Positions 51,901 to 60,905 of a DNA stretch of 64,000 nt are shown piece after piece (the stretch's first letter is position 1; each line of letters opens with the position of its first letter). Origin of the DNA: Mustelus asterias (taxonomy: Eukaryota). The notes under the pieces are model-generated. The model did not search any database, was not told the origin of the DNA, and saw only the letters and a list, made by a program, of their open reading frames with translations. A program made the position numbers and the translations under genes. The stretch covers positions 25,234,001-25,298,000 of the forward strand of contig NC_135822.1 in NCBI RefSeq assembly GCF_964213995.1. The letters run 5' to 3'.

Positions 51901-53814
51901 ATCTTAAGAGTTGCCCTGATTCAAAAGAAAGAGTTGGGAGCCAGGCTTGGTTTGCATGGATTTGTGGTTTGATTAATAAGTTTGCACCTTAGTTATAAAT
52001 GCAGGCAAGTTTGTTTTTTTTTTGTGTGCTGCAGCTTTCACCTGCCCTTTTTGTACATGGCATATACTGTCCATTCATTGGGACTTTTTTGAGGGTTCAT
52101 TGTCATGGTGAGTCCACATGGATGGTCAGCCTACACACTTTGCGTGCAAATCAGTGCTTTGAAAAGATGCTGTCATTGCACTTCAGTGAGACAGTTGTAT
52201 ATTGCCGAGCTTGAGGAACTTCTCATGGATCCTGAGATCTATTAAACCTCAATTTATTTCATTTATAAACTGTGCAGTATAGTTTGGGGCTTCTTAGGGC
52301 ATAATCTCTTTGGGGGAAAAAAATGTTTGACACATGGTTTATTTGGGCATATGATGCAAAGACAAAGATCACTCATCTCACCTTGTTCCAACAAAAAATG
52401 GTTATCTCATTAAATCTTAGAAATACACAATTGGTCAGTCAGCATCTGAAAGAAAGAGATCTGTAAATGTTTTAAGTGGGGCTCTTGATCAGAGTGGCTA
52501 CTCCCTGTCACCAAACAAAGACAGTTCCTTGGAGTACTTTATGAAGAAACAGCCCCTGTAAGCTTGCAGAATGCTTTCTCTGTGAAATTGTCCATCAGGT
52601 TCTTGCATGCTGTTGCACTTCAAGTCAATGGAAGTGGTACACACTCGTGTGCCATGTGGTTAGTGATGTAAACAATTGCTAGGTACCAGTCACAGAATCA
52701 AAAGTAAATTCCATGCTTGATTGTGTTGACTAGCAGGTTATTGTCGGGTAAGATGTCTATCACTGTATTTTGTCTTTATTTACTGGCAATGTACACAATG
52801 TAACGTTTGGGATTCAGTGTTAACAGCTGCTGTTTGGTTGAATTTATTCTAGTCCTTCCCATTTGCATGAAGGCTGGGAAAGATGTGCAAATATTGTTTT
52901 TAATTGCCTGTTTAACATCTTTATCGATAGATGCTCTTGCTACTGTCTTTTTTTTTTATTTTATATTTTATCCTGCAAACTCATCTGGACCCCTTGAAGC
53001 AGCATTTTCTTACAGCATTCAGAGAAGGAAAGTTCTGGTCTGAGAGTGCTGGACATAATCTGTACAACTTCTGTTTATAACTGACTGGCAAAGTTAACTA
53101 TATTTTGAGTAAAATTTTATAAGTTTAGCCTCAACAGTTTGGCCTGATTTTTGGTGTGTTTTGCTCTTTTTGTCTTACTTGAGGAAGGTTTCTTAAAGAT
53201 TCCAGTATATTTTTCTGTGACAAGCAGAACAGCGCAAGAGATTTCAAAAGGAGCGCAAGACGGTGGGAATAGGAAAAGGATATTTAACTTGTTGGGCTTT
53301 TTTCTCTCATATTTCAGACCTCAATCATCTAATTTCCTTCCTTGGTTTAAAATCTCCATTTCTCTGCCCTCTGATTCCACGGTAGATCCAATTCTTGCCA
53401 GGTCCGATGCAACTGAAAAGGGAAAAATGTGAACTCTGAACATGGGAGTCTGGATCTGAAACGTTAGCTGGTCCTTTTGATGCAAGAGTACTTTTCAGAT
53501 ATTATTTATTTGACATCCAGCATTTGTGCTTCTGCTGTGACTAAATTCAGTAACATCCCAAGTATTTTAAAAAAGGAGAACAAGAATGATTTGAAAATGT
53601 GAGGCACCTACAAGCAATTGAAGAGGAAAATGCAAGATGTGGAGAAATGAGCAAAAGACTGACCACTAACCACTGAGCGTAGTTATGTGATTGGCTGTAA
53701 CGATTAGATGAGATCTGCAACTCTTTAGTCAGTTCCAGACATCTGCTTTTCTGAACCGGTTTTCTGATTTTTCCAAACTGTCTCCCCTCTGCACCTCTCC
53801 TGAGTTCAACATTC

Positions 53815-54507
53815 CATAGAACCATAGAAAATTACAGCTCAGAAACAGGCCTTTTGGCCCTTCTTGTCTGTGCCGAACCATTTTATGCCTAGTCCCACTG
53901 ACCTGCACTTGGACCATATCCCTCCACACCCCTCTCATCCATGAACCCGTCCCAAGTTTTTCTTAAATGTTAAAAATGACCCCGCATTTACCACTTTATC
54001 CGGCAGCTCATTCCACACTCCCACCACTCTCTGCGTGAAGAAGCCCCCCCTAATATTCCCTTTAAACTTTTCTCCTTTCACCCTTAACCCAGGCCCTCTG
54101 GTTTTTTTCTCCCCTAGCCTCAGCGGAAAAAGCCTGCTTGCATTCACTCTATCTATACCCATCAAAATCTTATACACCTCTATCAAATCTCCCCTCAACC
54201 TTCTACGCTCCAGGGAATAAAATCCCAACCTATTCAATCTCTCTCTGTAACTCAGCTTCTCAAGTCCCGGCAACATCCTTGTGAACCTTCTCTGCACTCT
54301 TTCAATCTTATTTACATCCTTCCTGTAACTAGGTGACCAAAACTGTACACAATACTCCAAATTCGGCCTCACCAATGCCTTATATAACCTTATCATAACA
54401 CTCCAACTTTTATACTCGATACTCCGATTTATAAAGGCCAATGTACCAAAGGCACTCTTTATGACCCTATCCACCTGTGACGTCACTTTTAGGGAATTCT
54501 GCACCTG
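53815..54507 (-). mobile_element. Young 5'-truncated CR1 LINE
   Basis: Uninterrupted 189 aa ORF2 C-terminus ([15 protein letters not shown]...FFTQRVVGVWNELP) and TTCTATGG tail. Confidence 0.92.
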
Positions 54508-54729
54508 AGCAAAAATTTGCTCAAATGTCTGATTTAAAAAAAATTGAATTCAAATTTCATCATCTGCTACAATGGGATTCAAACCTGGGTCCCTAGAGCA
54601 TTACCCTGGATCTCTAGTCCAGTGACATTGCTACTGTGCCACTCCTTCCCATTAGAAAGACAGCAGTAGGCACAGTTGCAGGTATCATTCACCTGTCCCA
54701 ATGTGAACAAGAGGTGGGACGAGAATAGC

Positions 54730-54796
54730 GGTATGACGAAGATTCGGACTCGGATTGCTGGATTCAAAGTCTAGAGTGCTGACCATTACACCATGG
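54730..54796 (-). pseudogene. tRNA-Gln(TTG)-like pseudogene split near its 5' end by the Penelope insertion (5' remnant at 57272-57287)
   Basis: Reverse complement CCATGGTGTAATGGTCAGCACTCTAGACTTTGAATCCAGCAATCCGAGTCCGAATC resembles vertebrate tRNA-Gln; T-loop and acceptor stem degenerate. Confidence 0.8.
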
Positions 54797-55402
54797 TAAG
54801 AAGTCTCACAACACCAGGTTAAAGTCCAACAGGTTTATTTGGTAGCAAATACCATAAGCTTTCGGAGCAATGCTCCTTCGTCAGATGGAGTGGTCTCTGT
54901 TCTCAAACAGGGCACAGACACACAAATCAAATTACAGAATACTGATTAGAATGCAAATCTCTACAGCCAGCCAGGTCTTAAATGCACAGACAATGTGGGT
55001 GGAGGGAGCATTCAACACAGGTTGAAGAGATGTGTATTGTCTCCAATACACAGGAGACAATGTATTGTCTCAGACACACAGACACAGGACAGCTTGTGAA
55101 ATTGTGCAAGTCCAGGAGTCAAGCTGTGGGGGTTACTGATAATGTGACATAAATCCAACATCCCGGTTTAGACCGTCCTCATGTGTGCGAAACTTGGCTA
55201 TCAGTTTCTGCTCAGTGACTCTGCGCTGTCGTGTGTCGTGAAGGCCGCCTTGGAGAACGCTTACCTGAAGATCCAAGGCTGAATGCCCGTGACTGCTGAA
55301 GTGCTCCCCCACAGGAAGAGAACAGTCTTGCCTGGTGATTGTCGAGCGGTGTTCATTCATCCGTTGTCGTAGCGTCTGCATGGTTTCCCCAATGGTTTCC
55401 CC

Positions 55403-56935
55403 ATGGTTTCAGGAAACGGAACCCTGTGCGAGAACCTCTCCGGCTATGTCGAGGGCATCTTGAAACCCATTGTACAAAGAACCCCCAGCTTTTGTCGCGA
55501 CACTACGGACTTCCTACAGAAACTCAACACACATGGAGCAGTTGAACCAGGAGCACTCCTCGTCACAATGGATGTCTCGGCACTCTACACCAGCATCCCC
55601 CACGATGATGGCATTGCTGCAACGGCCTCAGTACTCAATGCCGTCAACTGCCAGTTTCCAGATGCAATTTTACAACTCATCCGCTTCATCCTGGATCACA
55701 ATATCTTCACCTTCAACAACCAGTTCTTCATCCAGACACACGGAACAGCCATGGGGACAAAATTCGCACCTCAATATGCCAACATCTTCATGCACAGGTT
55801 CGAACAAGACTTCTTCACCGCACAGGACCTTCAACCGATGCTATACACTAGATACATCGATGACATTTTCTTCCTTTGGAGTCATGGTGAGCAATCACTG
55901 AAACAACTATATGATGACATCAACAAGTTCCATCCCACCATCAGACTCACCATGGACTACTCTCCGGAATCGGTTGCATTCTTGGACACACACATCTCCA
56001 TTAAGGACGGTCACCTCAGCACCTCACTGTACCGCAAGCCCACGGATAACCTCATGATGCTCCACTTCTCCAGCTTCCACCCTAAACACGTAAAAGAAGC
56101 CATCCCCTACGGACAAGCCCTCTGAATACACAGGATCTGCTCGGATGAGGAGGATCGCAACAGACACCTCCAGACGCTGAAAGATGCCCTCATAAGAACA
56201 GGATATGGCGCTCGACTCATCGATCAACAGTTCCGACGTGCCACAGCGAAAAACCGCACCGACCTCCTCAGAAGACAAACACGGGACACGGTGGACAGAG
56301 TACCCTTCGTCGTCCAGTACTTCCCCGGAGCGGAGAAGCTACGGCATCTCCTCCGGAGCCTTCAACATGTCATTGATGAAGACGAACATCTCGCCAAGGC
56401 CATCCCCACACCCCCACTTCTTGCCTTCAAACAACCACGCAACCTCAAACAGACCATTGTCTGCAGCAAACTACCCAGCCTTCAGGAGAACAGTGACCAC
56501 AACACCACACAACCCTGCCACAGCAACCTCTGCAAGACGTGCCGGATCATTGACATGGATGCCATCATCTCACGTGAGAACACCATCTACCAGGTACATG
56601 GTACCTACTCTTGCAACTCGGCCAACGTTGTCTACCTGATACGCTGCAAGAAAGGATGTCCCGAGGCATGGTACATTGGGGAAACCATGCAGACGCTACG
56701 ACAACGGATGAATGAACACCGCTCGACAATCACCAGGCAAGACTGTTCTCTTCCTGTGGGGGAGCACTTCAGCAGTCACGGGCATTCAGCCTTGGATCTT
56801 CAGGTAAGCGTTCTCCAAGGCGGCCTTCACGACACACGACAGCGCAGAGTCACTGAGCAGAAACTGATAGCCAAGTTTCGCACACATGAGGACGGTCTAA
56901 ACCGGGATGTTGGATTTATGTCACATTATCAGTAA
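55403..56935 (+). pseudogene. Penelope RT (QTHGTAMG, YTRYIDDIF) plus GIY-YIG endonuclease (VVYLIRC...WYIGET), one in-frame TGA at 56123
   Basis: ORFs 55403-56125 and 56291-56935 are in the same frame; the stop is consistent with CGA>TGA decay. Confidence 0.9.
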
Positions 56936-57142
56936 CCCCCACAGCTTGACTCCTGGACTTGCACAATTTCACAAGCTGTACTGTCTGGAGACAATACACA
57001 TCTCTTTAACCTGTGTTGAATGCTCCCTCCACCCACATTGTCTGTGCATTTAAGACCTGGCTGGCTGTAGAGATTTGCATTCTAATCAGTATTCTGTAAT
57101 TTGATTTGTGTGTCTGTGCCCTGTTTGAGAACAGAGACCACT

Positions 57143-57179
57143 CCATCTGACGAAGGAGCATTGCTCCGAAAGCTTATGG
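57143..57179 (+). ncRNA. Minimal type I hammerhead ribozyme motif of the Penelope terminal repeat (mirror copy at 54852-54888, minus strand)
   Basis: CCAT-CTGACGA-A-GGAGC att GCTCC-GAAA-GCTT-ATGG: core boxes, stem II, palindromic AAGCTT, stem I. Confidence 0.7.
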
Positions 57180-57767
57180 TATTTGCTACCAAATAAACCT
57201 GTTGGACTTTAACCTGGTGTTGTGAGACTTCTTACTGTGCTTACCCCAGTCCAACGCCGGCATCTCCACATCATTACACCATGGAACAGGCCTTTTTTTT
57301 ATGAAGGAAAGAGTGGCAGGGGGGAGAAATGGAACAGCTGCTGACAAGGAATGGGGGATGGATGTTACAGGATGGTCAATGTTTAGAATTCTCTCCCCCT
57401 GTGAGCAGTGGAGGCTGGGTCATTGAATATATTCAAGGCTGAATTTTTTGATTGTCAGGGAAGTCCTGGGTTATCGGGGCAGGCAGGAAAGGAGAGTTGA
57501 GGTCATATTAGACCAACCATCATATTGACAAGTACAGTAGGCTTGAAGGGGCCAATGGCCTATTTCTGTTTCTTATGGACAAGAGACCCAAGACGGAGGA
57601 ATGCAGTGTGTACACAGTAAGCAAAAGGAAACCAACAGCTGTTAAATGACGGGGTGAAAAAGAAATGCTTCTCCCAACTCTACACTAATATGTAGGGATC
57701 ACTGGAAGACTGACTGTAGCCAATTGTGCCACCACTGCCAACGTGATGAGGTTCACTAACTCAGTAC

Positions 57768-58020
57768 AGATTGAAGTTATGAGGTTACACTGAGGCTTCA
57801 TTTGAAGCAATTTTTTTAAAGCGGCATCTCGGCCGTTTGGCTAAGATGCAAATGAGACCAAGCCTTGAAGGAGGTGCAATGCCTGCTCCAATCAGCTTGG
57901 ATCATGTAGATCAAGCCCAAGACAGGAAGTGGTGAGCCTGTCTTGTCAGCTCGGATCTGGAATGTCTCGCTTGTTGAGACTTTGAATTGGATATAAACAA
58001 TAGGAATTGAATTTGGAATA
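57768..58020 (+). mobile_element. U2 snRNA-headed element, diverged copy A lacking most of the first head
   Basis: TCTCGGCCGTTTGGCTAAGAT at ~57827-57847 and colinear body matching copy B in the opposite orientation. Confidence 0.65.
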
Positions 58021-58464
58021 TTCTTGTTCATATGACATGGTGACACACTGGCACCCATTTTTTGGGTATATTCTTCATTTTTGACTTGTAGCAATTGTAA
58101 ATGATTCACTTTTTTGCTTCAGCAAGCTCCTGCCATGCTAAATGGGATGAGACAACAAGCATTTTACCTGTGGGTTGTGGAGCATTTCATTATTACCATA
58201 GTACTGGCCAGTCCTTGTGTTCATGTGGCCCACTCCAGGACATCAGCATAAAAATCTAGGCTGACACTCCAGTGCTGCTGAAAGTGCCTTCTTTTGGATG
58301 AGACATTAAAGCCCTGTTTGCATGGTGGCCATTAAGAGATCCCATGCCACTGTGTCATTTTATAGGCAGTACAAAATAATGGCTGCAAGGGCCTGGGGAG
58401 GTCAGGTGCTCATGAAAGGTATCATGTGAATTGTTACATATTACATGTGTGGTAATTAAATATA

Positions 58465-58855
58465 TTTTGATTTGATTCATTGTCACATGTATTAGCATAC
58501 AGTGAAAAGTATTGTTTCTTGCACGCTATACAAAGTGCACTGTTCATAGAGAAGGAAAGGAGTGTGCAGAATGTCGTGTTACAGTCATAGCTAGGGTGTA
58601 AAGAAAGACCCAGCTTAATGCAAGGTAGATCCATTCAGAAGTCTGATGGCAGCAGGCAAGAGCTGTTCTTGAGTCGGTTGGTACGTAACCTCAGACTTTC
58701 GTACCTTTCTCCCCAATGGAAGGGAGAACGTCTGGGGTGCGTGGGGTCCTTGATTATGCTGGCTGCTTTGCCGAGGCAGCGGGAAGTGTAGACAGAGTCA
58801 ATGGATGGGAGGCTGGTTTACGTGATGGACTGGGCTAGTCATGACCTTTTGTAGT
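58465..58855 (-). mobile_element. Rex1/Babar-like LINE 3' fragment (shorter copy at 45385-45530)
   Basis: Minus strand reads SLPSIDSVYTSRCLGKAASIIKDPTHP...RTNRLKNS...AIRLLN; (ATCAA)-type tail. Confidence 0.65.
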
Positions 58856-59285
58856 TTATGTAAATATATTTCATTTGGAGGGCTCTAATGGGTCAGTAGA
58901 CAAGTACTTGTGCACAAATTACATGGTACGTTTGAGGTGTATATCCACTTTTAGTTCAAAATAAATTCAAAAAGCTGCTGTTGGTTTAATTTTGCAGGGG
59001 AAGCTGCTTTATTTTTCTTGTAGTCAAATCCACCTCCTTATGGTTAAATTTGGAAAAGTTCTGGATCATTGTTCTGTGGGTCTGGAATCTGATGATGGAT
59101 AAATTTTTAATTCAATGTGTATTGAGTGTTAATCTCCTGATGTAGCTCTGAAATGAGAAAGTATTATATATCCTTAGCTAATTTCTTAATGTGAGAAGCA
59201 CGTACAGAATATTACTACTTTTATACATTTTCTGGAGTTCTTAGTAAATCCAGACACCTTTTCCATCGAACCCTGGTTGGGAGGC

Positions 59286-59577
59286 TTTTTTTAAAATACT
59301 TTTCCAATTCAATCAAATCAAGTCCAATTCAGAGTCTCAACAAGTTGAGACATTTCCGATCCAGGCTAAGACAGGGCATGCAACCCTCTACCCTGTCCTG
59401 GGCCTGATCTACATGAGCCAAGCTGATTGGAGGAGGCACAGGTCTTCCTCCTCCAAGGCTTGATCTCATTTACATCTTAGCCAAAAGGCCGAGATGTCGC
59501 TTTTTTAAAAAATTGCTTCAGATGAAAATAAATGTGACCCAATGACCTCAATCTTAGCCAAAAGGCCGAGAAGCGAT
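59286..59577 (-). mobile_element. U2 snRNA-headed short interspersed element, copy B (two U2 5' heads, hairpin body, A-rich tail)
   Basis: 59551-59577 reverse-complements to ATCGCTTCTCGGCCTTTTGGCTAAGAT (U2 nt 1-27); second head at ~59474-59494; body homologous to copy A. Confidence 0.7.
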
Positions 59578-59619
59578 TTCGTCTGGGCAAATCCTGAAAC
59601 GACACCTCCTCCTCTTATT

Positions 59620-60110
59620 GTAGGCGCCGCGGGAGTCTCCTCCAGTATCCCGTGATGCCGCGGGAGTCAATGACGGCCAGGCGTCCTCCAATGCCCCGTG
59701 ATGCAGCAGGTGCCCGTGGCTGGCGGCGCCTCCTCCTCCAGCATCCCGTGATGCAGCGGGGGCGCCTGTGTGGCTGGCGGCGGCGGCGGCGCCTCCTCCT
59801 CCAGAATCCCGTGATGCAGCGGGCGCCGGGTGGCTGGCGGCGCCTCCTCCAATATCCCGTGATGCCCTGCGATTGTTGGGTGCGTCTGCATTGGGTCCTC
59901 CTGTAGTCGGCGGTGCGGCGGGCAGTAAGATGGCGGAAAGTGATTATGAGTCGGTGCTGTGTGTGAAGCCGGAGATTCACGTTTACAGGATCCCACCGAG
60001 GGCAACGAACCGGGGCTACAGGTACGGATGGGGTGGGGTTCGCGGGGCCTTCGGGAGAAACGGAGTGACAGCTCGCGTTGATGATGACCCACGGTCGAAG
60101 TGACAGTGGA
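59620..60110. promoter_or_regulatory. NECAP2 CpG island with five imperfect ~45-60 bp tandem units, each with a ZNF143/Staf-like motif
   Basis: CpG-rich; CCCGTGATGC recurs near 59649, 59695, 59745, 59808, 59856; YY1-type AAGATGGCGG overlaps the start codon. Confidence 0.7.
59930..60021 (+). CDS. NECAP2: NECAP2 exon 1 ([31 protein letters not shown]); later exons not found in window
   Basis: NECAP N-terminus; AG|GTACGG donor; 92 nt; RATNRG and position downstream of SZRD1 favour NECAP2 over NECAP1. Confidence 0.9.
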
Positions 60111-60614
60111 AGTTCCCGTTTCTCATGAAGGAAGTGTTCGAGTAAAGAGTTTGACTGAGGGAGGCGACAAATAAACAGAATAACTCCCAGGTCGGGAAAT
60201 AATAGATCATCGAGAGAGGGGAAACGGGATAAAGTTATCGAGGACAGTGGCATGATCCTGATGGGAGTGAATTGTGTATAATCCCTGGGGCAGAGGGATT
60301 GATCTGTCCTAGAATCTGGAACATTAACACTGGGGAAAATGATCATTTTCAACATAGATGCCTCTAATCACACATCTGAGAGCTGAAAACGTGGTCAGGC
60401 TGTTCCTCAGCACGACGATGATGTCCGCAGAGTCGCGAGTTTCTGTCAGGGATCTTTGTGTGGTTCATTGAGGGTTGATTCTCGATATGCAGATCTTTGG
60501 ATACGTGAGGCAGAATGTCCCAAGAGAGAGTGCGATGCAGTTCAGGATTTGCTTCATTTTCATTCCGCCTCTGCCCTGCCTATCATTGTCGACAGCTGTT
60601 AGTGCCTCCCTTTC

Positions 60615-60905
60615 GAGAATATATCTACAGTGGGAGAGACTAGAACTCGAGGGCACAACCTCAGAATGAAGTGACGCTCCTTTAAAACTGAGGAAGAATC
60701 TCTTCAGCTAGAGGGTGGTGAATCTGTGGAACTAACTGCCACAGAAGGCTGTGGAGGCCAGGTCATTGAGTGTCTTTTAAGACAGAGATAGGTTCTTGAT
60801 CAATAAGGGGATCAAGGGTTACGGAGAGAAGGCAGGAGAATGGGGGTGAGAATCATATCAGTCATGATTGAATGGCGGAGCAAACTCTGGGCCGAATGGC
60901 CTTGT
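60615..60905 (+). mobile_element. CR1 3' fragment
   Basis: RVVNLWN-like coding remnant and GGCCGAATGGCC tail. Confidence 0.75.

Larger units (their letters stand above)
54797..57271 (+). mobile_element. Penelope-like retroelement, 5'-truncated, preceded by an inverted copy of its 3' end; 13 bp target duplication CATTACACCATGG
   Basis: RT and GIY-YIG coding region; 54797-55390 is the reverse complement of ~56680-57235; TSD at 54784-54796 and 57272-57284. Confidence 0.93.

Noticed and set aside
54730-54796. Functional tRNA-Gln
   Set aside because: 5' end separated by a 2.5 kb insertion, GTTC changed to GTCC in the T-loop, and the 3' acceptor strand does not pair.
55133-55381. Separate GIY-YIG gene on the minus strand
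   Set aside because: It is the inverted arm of the Penelope element, identical to the C-terminus of ORF 56291-56935.
59551-59577. Functional U2 snRNA gene
   Set aside because: Match stops at nt 27; no GTAGTA branch-recognition sequence, Sm site, downstream stems or evident PSE.
59615-60355. 246 aa Arg-rich ORF and overlapping ORFs
   Set aside because: Stop-poor frames produced by the GC-rich tandem repeat and CpG island, antisense to NECAP2 exon 1.
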